Part shown: positions 23,101 through 36,192 of the stretch, one piece after another
Numbering within the stretch: position 1 is the first letter of the stretch
Layout: each line of letters opens with the position of its first letter
Origin: Orbicella franksi
Taxonomy: Eukaryota
DNA: 64,000 nt
Assembly (NCBI GenBank): GCA_964199315.1
Contig: OZ116702.1
Location: 10,726,001-10,790,000, forward strand
Direction: 5' to 3'
Made by a program: the position numbers and the translations under genes
The notes under the pieces: generated by a model
Told to the model about the DNA's origin: nothing
What the model saw: the letters and a program-made list of their open reading frames with translations, nothing else
Database searches by the model: none

Positions 23101-24250
23101 CCTTCTTGTTACTACCTTTGCCCCGGCTTCCCTTGCACGTAGTTTTTGGGGTGGGTTCAACCCAAACACTTTTAACCGCAACAGGGCTTCTTTGTCTTGT
23201 AGAATAAAAAGACCCTGGGGCCAGCAACAGGCCCCTTAGCTGGGGTTGCAACTGGAACAGATACCAAGGGACTAACAGTAGTCACCGCCAGCCCAGAAGC
23301 TGTTGTTGTTGTTGTGGCAGAGGTAGTAACTAATACACTGTTAGTACTACTGACTAAGGATTGTGATCCTACTATGGGGTCCCCAATGTTCAGCTCATCC
23401 TCGTTGAAAATAAGAAAATGTTTGTCTTACAATTTGGACAAAAATAGTGAAACATAAATCTAATTAGTCGATAACGATGATTGTCACCCATGGAATGAAT
23501 CCAAACGACATTTTTCGCTAGCTCAACACACACAATGAAATGTTATTACAAAACAATTGAAAATTATTTGAATCAACTAAAATATTTATTTACTGTTCAT
23601 TCACATTTTTGGCATAATTGCAAGATTATATTTTGAATGCAGTGAAATATTCGAAACTAGGACTTTGCCAGGCTTTCAAAACATGAAAAATAAATCATAA
23701 TTCCTTCACAATGGCCTGCTATTTATGGCACGCTTGAATAGTCGAAGCATATAACAAACAGTAAAACAGCTGATCTAATTTCCCAGACACGCGTCGCATC
23801 ATGGCGTCACTTGGCGTCTCTCAAATCAACAAAGGGAATATGACCTGTGTTGCTCTCAAATTTGAATTTGAACAAAAACTATCCACATTTTGATATTCAC
23901 ACAGTTTATTTAATTGAAGTAACCAGGATTACTGATGCTAGGGGCCAATACGGGTGAATCTAACCTAAATTTAAATATCAGATGAAAAGGAGACATGTGC
24001 TCGCTCGCGACACGCGACACACAAACAAAACCTTGGATTTGAATTTATCGATCACTTACTTGGAATCATCGCCAAAAAATTCCTAGCTGACATTTCAATT
24101 CTGCTTCTTCGTCAGCACTAGACCCAGAATTGAAGTCATCGTTGCTGTCTTCTGCCAAAACGAGCTGCAGAATCTCCACCGTATTCAACTTCCGACTGCT
24201 TGCAATCACAAGTCGCTTGAAAGGCAAATTCAAATGAGTGTAGTGACGTG
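20170..24250 (-). mobile_element. piggyBac-like transposon 2, decayed, spliced; termini not identified
   Basis: Short first exon (~24200-24060: LNTVEILQLVLAEDSNDD...|gtaag); ALDLFKLHFTDDLIGDIVKHTNTYA; YHLYVGNFYT...FTGTILENR; YNRYMNAVDR; RLWKAIFSYLIDLAVVNSFI...CVVC. Confidence 0.75.
22328..22494 (-). mobile_element. tRNA-derived SINE (Nin-domain type) in an intron of piggyBac 2
   Basis: Minus strand: A box TGGCCGAGTGG, B box GGTTCAAATCC, then CTCGGTAGCCCCGAGTTCAACTCCTCGGCC...AAATAGCCAACTGGTCAGCCTCCCACCAATTGGGATTCTTAA. Confidence 0.8.
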
Positions 24251-24439
24251 ATCATCAACCGCACAGAGTTAAAACTCGCCTGTAATTGACTAATGATGGT
24301 ATCATCCCACATGCCAAATTTGGTGACAATCGGAAGTAAAACTAGTTCGCAGCCTCATGTTCGATCTTTGGTTACTGGAATAACCAAAATGTGGTGATCA
24401 GTAGGGAATGAGGGTGTCAGGGTGTCAGGCATCAATAAT

Positions 24440-27400
24440 ATTGTTAAGACTCAAGAGTCAGGCCAGACCATGAAACACAGTTTGGGATCCTGTCCCTAAA
24501 ATTGTTTAGCTTCAAGTCCGGAGGTTTGAATGTGTAGAGGGCTTATGATATGGGGCCTGATAAACGTTTCACACCTGGACATGAGGAATGGATTTGGAAG
24601 ACCTCAAGGGCGTACAGTTTTATGCATAGAGCGGCCCTTTAATGTATTGCAAGAGAGACTGCTGCTTTTACAGCCAGGAGTTTGACAAGTGTCAGCTCCA
24701 ACAGCCTCAGTCTAGGCATAGTTAATAGAATGGGATTATTATGAAACTCAACAAAGTTCTTTGTTGTTTCTTTTCGTTCTCTTTTTTGGCCTTGACCGTG
24801 CACAAAATACCATTGTTGTATTCTACTGACCAAGTAACTGACCAATAGAAACGTTTTGATTATATTATTCATGCATAGTGTAGGAGCGCAAAAAAAGATT
24901 TCAAAGATTTCGTGGATCTTCCAACACAAATCTTGGCATCTTTGTTTGCTCCTTTGATGTTTGTCAGGCTTCATAGCAATTCCCCTCTATTAACTATGGT
25001 CCTGGAAGGTGAGGGGACATAACAAAAATGTAGGGGATGAGTGTACTAAGATGAGACTCTGTAAGACAGTAGTGGCAGGAAAATGTCCAGCAAGAAGAGT
25101 AGCTTGCTGCAGACCAAATAGCCCAGTACTTTAGGAGGTTGTCTGTAATGTACAGAAGTGGCCGACTAGCCATACACTGGGCTGATCTAAGTCCATCTTA
25201 AGATGAAGCAGAAGAGATCTTGACCAGGCTTGCAGTACGAAGACAGTACTATACTTGCCAGCTACTTTACCATCCACCATGTAGAATATGTAATACAGTC
25301 TTGTGACCAAAAAAACCAAATTACTTATTTCACAGCGCCATGGAGCTACTGATGTGCACAGGAGGTCACTGAGGAGAGTGCCAGTCAAGCTTCTTCAGTG
25401 CCTAGAAAAATTAAAAAGTTAAACCGGGCCAAACCTTGCTAAACGTAAGGCCCTGGTGCTGTGTATGTTGTCATGTGTGCTCGCTTTGAGTCTAGGTTTC
25501 AGATCTTCTTGAGGCTCAATTTTTTCTCAGAATTGCAATTTTTTTGCACATCTTCTTACTCGCAGACATGCGATTACTTACAATGTTGTGCTAGCATCTT
25601 TGAGATATAAGCTTTATCTGCAGTTAATTCAGTATAGGAACTTTCAGAAGAAAAATGTATTTTCATAAACGCAAGCTAAAGCTCAATCTTACAGTTCAAG
25701 TATTATGTACAACTGTACTTAATTACCAGGATTTACTTGCATGCCTGATGCAGTGAAATCAATATTTCAAGGGTTTTTTAACTCGGAAAGGCAATTCCGC
25801 ATTTCATGAAAGAATGAACAACTATATCTTGGAGATGGTGAGAAATGTCTTGCCAAGCTTGCCCCATCCATTTAGTAAAAAGAACCCTTCTTTCGCTGGC
25901 AGTTACGTTTCCTGTTAGAAACTGGTTGGGATGCAGGACTGAACACTGAAGAGGGATTTGTGATCTGATTTCGAACTTTGCTAAACATTTCTTGAACTTG
26001 AAATAATTTCTATGGTTTTTGTCTGGCAGCAGAGTTAAGTGTAATTAGCCTTTGTTGTATTTCCAGGTCTATAAGAGTCATATTCTCCTTTGTGTGAGGA
26101 ACTGTCGGCGGAACAGATAATTAGTGTGGGGTACACATGAGGTCCAGATGAAACCTCTGAACAGTTTCTAAGAGCCAAGGTTCTTTGCTTATGACAACCC
26201 AGTTTGAAATGCAATGTTTCAGGCATTCTGCTAAGGGGAGGTGATTTACGGCTAAAGGATTTAAATGTAACATCATACCTGGTGGCTGGAGGGATTTGCT
26301 GCAGGGTTCCTCTTGCAGCTCTGCCTTAGCCTCTGAATGAACCCCTAAAACTGGCCAAAGTTGCTGGCCATTGGAAACCTTTGACTGGCACCACCCTAGT
26401 GGTTCCCTCATCTCCTGAAGAGGGTGGTGCAGCCTCGAAAAATCAGAGCTGGTCGTGAATTCTGCCCCACACAAGCAGAAAGTAAGTTCTTTGCTGTCTC
26501 TGATCTGGTCTAGATCCTTGTTTCGAATCCTTCTCCAAACAAACTTTTGCCAGCTTGCAGAAACTCTTCTGAGGCAAGAGATGATAGAGTTCCCTTTGAA
26601 CTGATTTTGTTAAGGACAGCCTTGCGTCACTCCTTACACAAAAGTGCAGAGGCATTGCCAAATAGATGTATGGCATTTGATGTGATTGCCCCAAGATCCT
26701 TCATCTGCTCATAACTGAGGATCACGCTTTGACCTGGCTTAGTTTCAGCAAGGAAGCCGTAAACATACTCAAATAACATGGTTACCAGGCCCATGGTGTC
26801 TAACACACGATCCTGCAAAAATTTATTGTCCTTGTTGACAGTCTTGACACCAGGCAAGAGCGATGGGAGATAGTGATCCAAAAAGGGAGTGTCAACACAA
26901 TCGATGTATGGACATGGGTACTTAGTAATTGCTTTTATCTCAAAGGCAGACAATGGCTTATGCAATGTGCCTAACGATGCTGATAACTGTTCACTTGCTT
27001 GCCAGTGAGTGCTATGGCAAAGTTCCTCATCTTTGTCATCCTCTCCTGTAGGATGAGAAGCGCCCAGGTTTGTACCATTGGGCTCTATTACAACTACCTT
27101 TTAAGAGTAGTTTTCTGCCCCTCTTGGCCTTTCAGTTGCCAGGGTATACGTAGCGGTATCATTTTCATTTGCCGAGTGAGGCTTGAATGCTTTGGCAGAG
27201 TTTGATTGTATAACAGAGCTTGGAGCCTTGGGCGCTCTGTGGACACCATCTTCGTGTGAAGAACTATTAAAAGCTTTTCGGGGCAAATTTAGAGCTTCGC
27301 GATCACTAAAAATCTGCTGAAGAGGGGGACAGGACGTACATAACCTTTCCCTTCCTTCGGCTCAGCTCTTTAAAGTGAGATGGCTGTATTATCCAAAGAA

Positions 27401-27960
27401 TTGTCTTCACCACGCTCAGTAGCAGACATCTTGGTTCAGAGCGAAATAAAATGGTGGATTGGTGTGGTGTGGCATGGGGACTTATGGGCTCTTTCAGATT
27501 CCTTCAAAGACATCGCAAAACAGAACCTTCACTGTGTAGTCCTTATTCACAGAAACGGATACATCTTTTTTTGACACAGCAGTGTTGCTGTCGGCATAAT
27601 TTCATGTACTCACTTGCGTTTGAGGGGCTTCCAAGGCAAGAATACTTTGGCACTCTGAACCCAGTCACTTTGATTCAGCATTACTGATGCTGGCATTGCA
27701 GATGAGTAGTCTGTTGCAGGCTGGCCATTTCTGAAGGCCGTTTTGGGGCAACCAGAGTCTAAACTCCAGTTTGCAGGGCCCAGAAAAGACCAGCATTTCT
27801 CAAGGTTGTGGATCGTACATCTCTGATTGTTTCACTGCTGGACTCTTTGGTCTTGTGGTGATGTGATCTTAGTCATTTAGAGGAGGTAACAAGTTTCCTC
27901 TTTCACTGAAGTTAATCTCTATGAAGGTCCTTACAAAAGCCTGCATGTAGTCCATGAGTA
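24440..27960 (-). mobile_element. DIRS-like retrotransposon relic (gag and start of RT; possible YR remnant at the left)
   Basis: Gag-like TKYPCPYIDCVDTPFLDHY...LQDRVLDTMG...LFGNASALL...LASEEF..AGKSLFGEGF (26500-26965); RT start LAECLKHCISNWVVISKEPWLLETVQRF (26121-26250). Boundaries approximate. Confidence 0.65.
25760..25940 (-). pseudogene. pogo/Tigger-type DDE transposase fragment
   Basis: FLTGNVTASERRVLFTKWMGQAWQDISHHLQDIVVHSFMKCGIA resembles the W..AW...SFxKCGI C-terminal motif of DDE_1 transposases. Confidence 0.55.
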
Positions 27961-28829
27961 CACAACATGTCTATGCGATATCTATGTGAGAGCCCTTTCT
28001 CTATCTAAAAAAGTTAAATTTGACTGGTTCAGAATAATTGGCAGCATGAAACTAGGGTTAAATACTTCGGGGTAATAAGTTTCTGAATCACTTAAATAGC
28101 GATTTGTGTCAATTATTGAGTTTCAAAAAGTCAAAAGCAAATGTGCAAAATAAAGTTTCATTGTTCAGATAATCTGCTCCTTAAAACTCAGAGAATTAAT
28201 CAAATACAAGTTTTCTGTTTTCTGCAGCATATTAGCCTTTCTTTCTATTCAGATGTATTTTGGTTTGTGATTTACAGTGCAATGCCATATTAACTGCATT
28301 TTTTCTTCAACACGCTTGCTAAACATTGCAATGAACGATACCTCTGAAGGCTAGGCACGGGTCGCAGTGTGGGCTTTTTTCTGTTTTTGTCACATCATAA
28401 ATTGTCACACAAGTTTGTTGAGGCATTTAACCCCAAAGGGTTGCTGGGTTTGCACGTTTGTGACATAAAAGATATATGATACTGTTAGTCCACATGCCCA
28501 ACAAACGACAAATTATAACAGAGCATCTAACTTTTTAATACGCACTCGTAGCGTTTCACGCCATCTTGGATTACATTCTTCTTTTTCTAGTGCCAGTCTC
28601 TTATCGTTCTATAATAGCTAGTTCCAGTTCTCTACAATACCATTCTGTTAATTATTATATTATTGGCCCAAAGCCAAAAAGGACTTTCTTATCATCAAAG
28701 CACTATTGTTCCCTTTGTTAGACTTTTGAGACATTTTTGCTCTCGAGGATGCTTCTTTTTGGGTCTTTCTCAGTATATCAACAACTGAAATTACGCAACC
28801 ATTGAAAGCACTGAGGTCACTGTGGTTCT

Positions 28830-29015
28830 TGGTCCTTGGTCCTTTGGGTTCTTGGGGCTTTCTAGGTTTCCAGGTTTCGGGGTTTCTGGGCCTCTGGATC
28901 TCTGGGTTTCTGGGTCTCTGTTTCTGGGTTTCTGGGTTTCTGGGTCTCTGATTCTCTGGGTCTGTAGGTCTCTGAGTATCTGGGTCTCTGGGTCTCTGGG
29001 TCTTTAGGTTCCAGG
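28830..29015. repeat. Degenerate short-period minisatellite (TCTGGGT(C/T)TC-like, 8-9 bp)
   Basis: Repeated ctctgggtctctgg / tttctgggtt; produces the repetitive ORFs 28660..29025 and 28822..29007. Confidence 0.8.
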
Positions 29016-29799
29016 GTCTTTGCAATACTCACTGTCAACAACTTACGTTTAAAAATTGTAAAAACTGCAACAATGAAGCTTTTTTATTTTTCGTTATGTC
29101 ATCAAAGTATGGAAAAACCTACTGGAAGGAGAGCAAGTGATGTAGATGTCATTGTGAAACACACAAGAGACTTAGGAGGCGGGATTCAGGAGTTCAGGGA
29201 AAGGAGGTGGAGTAGAATTACTGGCTGCAAATAAAATTGCGACAAAGACTACATTTCCTGTAACAAATCGAAAATGCAACAGAATCAACAACGGAGTGAA
29301 ATATGTAAAAGAACAGTAACTTTAATTGTTCGTTCTCAATCAGTCATCTATAAACGGACAAGTTCTAACAGCCAGTGCCACTCGGCAACCACAAGCCCAT
29401 CTCTATTACAGTGAAGATGCCAACTTACGGAGCGGGATGCCAAGGAATCTTTTTAATGTTGTTAATTCATCTTGACTAATTATTAACAAAACAAACACCA
29501 TTAATCCAAAGTATTTGCGAACAGAACAACCTGGGGCTCTCAAAATTGATAAATGCCAAACAAAAAGAGAGCAAATGAAAGAAGGTCGACGCATTAAAAG
29601 TTTACTCAGTTATTTTTTAACAATATTTCTAGTTAAACATCGACATCAATGAAAACATGACGACGTGTTGACAACAGAACTGAGGGTAGAAGCCAAAACT
29701 TCTTTGAATGAGCACAAAACGTCTTTAACGTATTTGTTAAAACAAGAATGTCAGTTTCCAACTAATGCTGGCGGTTTGGCCAGTGTTGGGAACTGGGAA

Positions 29800-31195
29800 T
29801 CACTTTTGGGAATTTTGGGAAGCAATGTAGGCGTCGTAGGCTTCGCCATTGGGATGATTGTCAACAGCTGCCTCTTTCTGTGAGTTAGTCAATCCATCAT
29901 CTTGCTTGTTAAATTGTCGACTGTATTCCTCGAGTGATAAGCCAAAATTTGTTAACGTTTCGCCATTCATGACTGAAGGCAAAACTTTGTAAAAGTAATC
30001 CGATCTTTCAGTCTGCTTGACAGTTCCCAGACTGATTTTCTCCAAATGAAGCGTTTGGCTTTGAACTGTTTGTTGGTCTGGCCTTGTTCTTGAACTGAAT
30101 TTTTGGTGGATTCTCTTAGGCGTGACAAACGGACTGGGATGTTTCAGAATGGCCTCCTGTATTTCCTGTGAACTCACTGTGTTTCTTGCCCTGACTTCGC
30201 CAAGTGCAGCACACTACCGAAAATGGGGGGGAAAAAGACAGCTGTTCAGAGGAGGGATATTATAACTAAACTTGTGAAATGTATAAGTAGCATCACGGAA
30301 ATGAACACTGCTTTCAAGTGCAGATAAAGAAAACAAATCATTCAAAGCCAACCATACAACTATGAGCATTCCATTCTCCCACAAAAGGATATATAGGAGG
30401 GAGAAAAACATGCGACTGCATGCGGAAACTTGCTTACCCTGTGGAAACAAGGTGCGCGGTTGGGAAGCCATCTTCTCACCCGTGTGACACTTTCCCACAC
30501 GGCAGGCGATTTTACACGCATCTGCTTGTTGTTCTCCCTCCCAGTCTCCCCTCACTATTCCTGAGCAGGATAAGGGAATTCTTGTAGCCTAATCAGAGGG
30601 AGTTGTTGTTCTTTTCATATGGTGTATGTCTCTTTGCGTTTTCCTAAAAAAAGGTAGTTTGACATATAAACAAACAATTGACTAATTGAATAGGAATTTA
30701 CAGATAAAAGACACATTAAATTAATTTAATCAATCCTCTGTAGGCTCTCAACCAAACAAGACAGCTTGTAGGCCATAGGATATGGGGCTTCACTTTAAGT
30801 ATCTCCCCTCACGTTTAAGATGGGGGTATCAAAAAGATCAAGAAAGTAGTTTCTTGGCTTAAGGCCCCCCCCCCATCCTCCCCAAATGAGCTGGGAATAC
30901 TGTGTTATTCAGCAGGGTAGTAAGGTGCTGACTTTGCTTATAGTCTAACCTCAAAGATATTAATTCACAGCACCAGCTTTAAAATTCACAATGCTATTTT
31001 TAACAAAAATTCACCCGGCATTGTTAATTAGTAACAAAATTAACAAAGTAATTTTTTATTCTTGATTTACAATACTTAAATAACAGACATCTATCTGCCG
31101 GTTAGGTTGACTGGTGAATTGAAGAAATAAGGAATCTACCTGTTGTAGGATGGCCCGTTCCTTCTCGAAATAGCCGGAAAGCGTGATGGCTTCAT
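29800..31195 (-). pseudogene. 3' exons of an unidentified gene, cut off by Kolobok 2
   Basis: Exon LNEAITLSGYFEKERAILQQ|gtag starts at the Kolobok TTAA; the acceptor near 30240 leads into the 125-aa ORF 29800..30177 (ILKHPSPFVTPKRIHQKFSSRTRP...YFYKVLPS). One in-frame stop. Confidence 0.45.
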
Positions 31196-31514
31196 TTAAA
31201 GTGCCTATAAACCCAAAAATTATTTTTGGCTCACATAAATCTTTGTATATTTCTGAGGAAAATGGCAAAAAAATTTTTGTTTTTGGTCAAAACGGGAATT
31301 TTTGATGAATTTTTGAAGTCCAGGTTTGTCTGCCCCAGACTGGGTGAAAGGGAGACTGGGACTAATGACGTAAAACCCAGACATTAGCAACAGGCAAAAC
31401 AAAGCAATAACAGAGACAAAACAACAAAAGCGGAGATGTAGTTTTTGTTGTATGCAGGTGAGAACAATTTTTATTCGGCCAACATTTGTAATTAGCATAC
31501 ACGTTGATCAAGAA

Positions 31515-32912
31515 ATGGCTTCGAATGACTTCAGTTTGTCCTCCAGTTTGGATTCTGAAGTCTCAGAAATGGAAGATTATGAGTTGGAAGTCAAAGGTTC
31601 GCCAAACTCGAGCTACATGGCTAGCGACGAGGAAGGCGCACAAGAGGCATATGCCGACGATCCAGTAGCGGACGAAGAATGGTTAGCGTTGTACGAAAGG
31701 GACAGAAAGGAGGAAGAGGCGCTAGAGAAGACGCTCCAAAAGCGCCTAAATGGTACAGAAAAAGCCCGAAATTGATAAGTTGCTACGATAATGGCACTCC
31801 CGTCGATGCAATCAACAAGTGCGAGTTTGTTGTTGTCAACATCCAAATTGTTACATCTACATTTTCATGCCCTAAATATTATTTCCATGTGAATTTCATT
31901 CGCAGGTGTCAGTGTGGAAATTGTGACCTTCAGTTTTTGCAAAATATCAGCGAGTGTTACTGCTGTTGTGAGCTGGAGGGATGCGTGGAAGCTCTGACAA
32001 GCGACCTGGTGCTTCAAGACCTTCCTGAAGACGCCAAGCTTACGTGCATTACTCAGCATCCAGGCTTTAACCCTGTCTGCCTGCAGAAATGGAGCCTGCG
32101 GTTGGCATCACACAAGTACAGGAGAAAAGGAAAGAAAAAATATGGCCAGACAGTATCAGAGGAAAGGTGAGCAGTTATCTAGCGCATTGCTGTCATTTGA
32201 ATCTCGGTCACTGCAGGGTACGGGAGATGCTTTCGCGCCTGTAAAAAATTGGTTTTCATAAACCAGTAGAATTCACATGGAAGAAAAAACTAGCTTGGGA
32301 ATTCATGACTTTTGGATAAAAAAGTTTGGGAAGAGGACTATTTACTTCTTTCTACTTGAAGGTAAATTTAGATTGTTCAACTTTCTGGCTTACAGTGCGA
32401 CTACTCCAAAGGCCACCCAAGTAAATTCTTTGCAAATTGACCAATAGCATTTGCGTGTTGAAACATCAAAAATTGTCACAAATGTATTGTTTCTGTGGTG
32501 TGCAGCTTGCTTGGATTGCTTATTTGTCAAAAATTTATTGTTAACGTCAGAGATTTTCATTCATCAATTTGCAAAGAATTTGCTTGGGTGGCCTTGGTAG
32601 GAGTAGTCACACTGTAATCCTATCCAAAAAAGCAATGTTCTCATTTATAAATTATTATTATTTGCTTCTCCCACCAAAGTTTTAACCATTATTATTCTCT
32701 ACTGACTATTCATTGTCCTTTTGTTTGCTAAATCGATTTGCAGTTTTCTAAGAAGTGTGACCTATCGAGAGTTTTCTCGCCTGGTCTATGGATTATTGGG
32801 GAACAGGAGGATACCCTTGCCTACATGTGCATATGCTGTAATAAGGAGAACATTTCCATGTGGCAAGGATGAAGAATTTACTGGATTCAATCTTGAAGAG
32901 GAGGTTGACTAA
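31515..32912 (+). CDS. KolX, Kolobok Cys-rich second protein; 3 exons (31515-~31774, 31906-32166, 32744-32912); first donor mutated to AT
   Basis: MASNDFSLSS...AYADDPVADEEW...; CQCGNC...LQNISECYCCCE...CITQHPGFNPVCLQKWSLRLA; FLRSVTYREFSRLVYGLLGNRRIPLPTCAYAVIRRTFP...FTGF. Confidence 0.8.
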
Positions 32913-35900
32913 ATAATGACTGAATAATATAGACTTAATATATAGATAATTTTAATTCCTTTTCTAGGGGTTTCTTCTGACTTGTTTGGTGTATAGCAAG
33001 GCTATTGTTATAATCGTAAAATTATCCATTTTGATTGGTTCTGCAGACTGGGTGCCCAATAACCCATACCAATTACAACCTCTTGGAATTGGATACCTGT
33101 AATTCTACACCTATGCCATTTGCGCATCAATCACGTCCACTTAAATGGGTTCTTCCTTGCTATTTTCCCACTGTTTGTAAAACCAATTGAACATAACGTT
33201 AGTTTTTCCACATAGGACTTCCTACCTCAAATTTTGTTAATGATATGATTTATTATTAATTGGACCTTATGTCGTACGATTCAGAGAGTATTCATGCTTG
33301 TAAGTTCAAATCAGCCTTTCGCCTTGCCAAAACAGCTCAGTGGGTCTACCACTAGAGATCTTCACTTCAGGTGATCTGGATTGTTACTAAATATGAACTG
33401 TAACTTGTATCAGGCATTTATTTTTTCAAAGAAGGTGACAAAATACAAAAATATAAATGTAAAGAGAACCACATGAAATCAGTCATAGATGTTTACGTGA
33501 TTATTTTAGACAAGTGATTAAAATGCAGACGACTATGATTGTTTCTTCTGATTGTTGGGACAAGTGGAAACTTTGCTGTGTCCTTTCATGGGGTGTCTGC
33601 ATAGGGAACGCCTCTTAGGTGTTTTGGATGCTGTCCTTGGCTGGTTTCCTTGTTCTGGCTCTTGAACTTCTGATACTGAAACAACAAAAATTTCAACATT
33701 CGTTTTCACCAAACATAAATTGACAGTAACCTTTTGGTATCCTTCAAGTAAAATGAATTCAGGGTAACCAAAATGGGTTGTGAGAGATAACTATGTTTAG
33801 AGGTAACAGGTTCAAGCATATATGGGATTTTTTCCGAAAATGTAATATTGGATTGGAGTTATGTTTCAAATCCTTGACACAGACAAAAAGATCAATAATT
33901 TTTGTATGTAACAGCACATGCTTGATACACATGTACAGTGAAAAGTAAAACCACAAGACCAACAAAATAGATGTTAGAATGTGGCTGCTGATACCTGGTG
34001 TGGTAGGGGGTACATTTTGTGTTATCTTTTTACTCCTGTCAATTTTTTTCTTCACTGCACTTGATCTGGATTCCTTCTCCAGCATAGTGTTCATAGGAGG
34101 AGGTGTCATATCCTTTAACTTGTCTGCAGCACCTTTCAATTCCTCTTTGGTGGCTGTCAGAAATGTTTGAAAAATTTCTTCCACATAATCTACATTGTAA
34201 TGGAAAGTGAGAAAAAAAAAGGGAAAAATGAAGGAAAGATATTTTGATAGTTCTAATTTTTTATTACATGGAGAGATTGATATGACAAGTATGTGATAAC
34301 TATCAGGCCCATTTCACTAGGCAGACTCACCAAAGTTCTGGGATACTCTGACATTCCTCACAGTCGCTTCGCCATTCTTAAACGTTGGATATGTAAATTT
34401 TATCTGCTCAGCATCATCAGCATTCTTTTGGCACTCCCTTTGCAGGTGAAAGTTAAAATGTACTGCAGCGAGAATATGCCTATGGGGAAAACACATATCT
34501 ATTGTAAGTGTTTTGCAAAGTGCTCCAACCATTCTTCTATTTTAATATCATTTTGGGCTAACATATATTTTTAACCAGAGAATCAGGGTAAGGTTGGAAC
34601 CAATGGATGTGGAACTGAAGCAAAATTGGGGCCGAAGAAGAACCAGGCTCAGAACACAGACCAGACCCTATTCACCTTCACCTGTCCCCTGGCGCCAATT
34701 TGGCGCATAGGGCCTCAGACCCTATTCAGCGACAAACCTAAATTATCGATTGTGAAATAAAAAACAATAAAAAATGTCATGCCTGCAATACATTCCTGTG
34801 TAGGAATATGCAATCATCTTTGGCGCAAAGTGATTCAACATGGAGTGAAACCCTTCCAGACAACTAGTCTTGGCGAAAGGAGAAGCTTGCTTTATGCCCT
34901 TCACTAAACTGGCATTTGTGAGTGCACTGCATAATTTTTCATATGCCACAGACCTATTGAAAAAGACAATGAAAATCAAGAAAGAAATAAAAGGTTAATA
35001 TATTATTTTATAAAATTTTCCTTGGAAAAATCAATACTGGTCTATTGTTAATTAATTACTGATTTAATTCTCTTGGCAGTACAAAGAAATGGTGGTGTTT
35101 TAAGTGATTGGAGCATTGAAGGAAAACCAGAAACCTGGATTCAAGTTATTTACTAATGCTGTTTAAATTCCAGGGCTATGACTGTGAATAGTTCCTCTTG
35201 CACATTCTGAAAATAAGCTCCCCTGAAAAATATTTTTCATTGCCTTCTTTTGAACAGGGCTTACGTGTATTACTGGAACTTAACAGTATACATTTAGGCT
35301 ATCCTGATAGATTAATACAAGCTGATTTAGTAACATACCCAATTTTAACCATTTTCTTGGAGTAACTACTCCATGAAAGCACTTTTTGAATAAGGCGTCA
35401 TCCAGCTGCAGGTGTTTGTTAACGATGTGGCTCATGAAAGAGCTGAATTTGGCCCAGATGACCTTTCCATGTTCACTAAACATCGTGGTAGCGCTCCAAT
35501 ACAAGTGATTTTCACACGATCTGATCCATTCAGCTTTTGACTCGCATCCCTTTTCTTTGGAGAGCTTTGAAAGGACTTTCCTGATTTCTAAGAAAAAGCA
35601 GGATGAATCTTACAACTGGTCCACTATAATGCTAATTTTATAATGAAAATATTAGCCACATTTATCTATCTGCTATAATTATTTTACTTTTTCACTTGGT
35701 CATTACTTCACTATCGATGAGATCATTGTTTGTAACTGGGTTATGGAGCTTTGTAAAGCACTAACAAGTCAATTAATTCAACATAGTAAAGTTTTGACAA
35801 GTTTCACTCCATAAACCTTGTATTAAATTTAAAAGTGATTTTTTTGCATTTCGTAATGGCTATGTAGCACTAAAAGTATGTTTACTTTTCTTTAGATGCC

Positions 35901-36134
35901 ATATGTCAAAGTTGTGGATTGTGTGTGACAAAGACTTCCTCATGTAGGCAGCAATAGACAAATGCTGGTCAGAGACAAATGCTGTGATAAGCAGGCCATA
36001 ACCCATCAAGAACTCCATGCAGGATTTGAATCCCTCAAATTCCATTGCTGGACTGCTGCCAGCTTGATTTCTCTGTTCAATAAGAAAAAAAAGATATATT
36101 TACAATGCTTATAGCATATGCTCTAGATGAGGCA

Positions 36135-36192
36135 TGCTAATAATAATAATAAAAATAATAATAACAATAACAATAATAACAATAATAACAAT
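36135..36192. repeat. (AAT)/(AAC) microsatellite at the 5' junction of the CRE LINE
   Basis: taataataataaaaataataataacaataacaataataacaataataacaat. Confidence 0.9.

Noticed and set aside
28660-29025. QRPRNPET-repeat protein
   Set aside because: The ORF is confined to a minisatellite and has no unique domain.
31679-32912. P2X7 purinoceptor host gene
   Set aside because: No transmembrane or ectodomain exons; it lies inside Kolobok next to the terminus, with a homologue in Kolobok 1.
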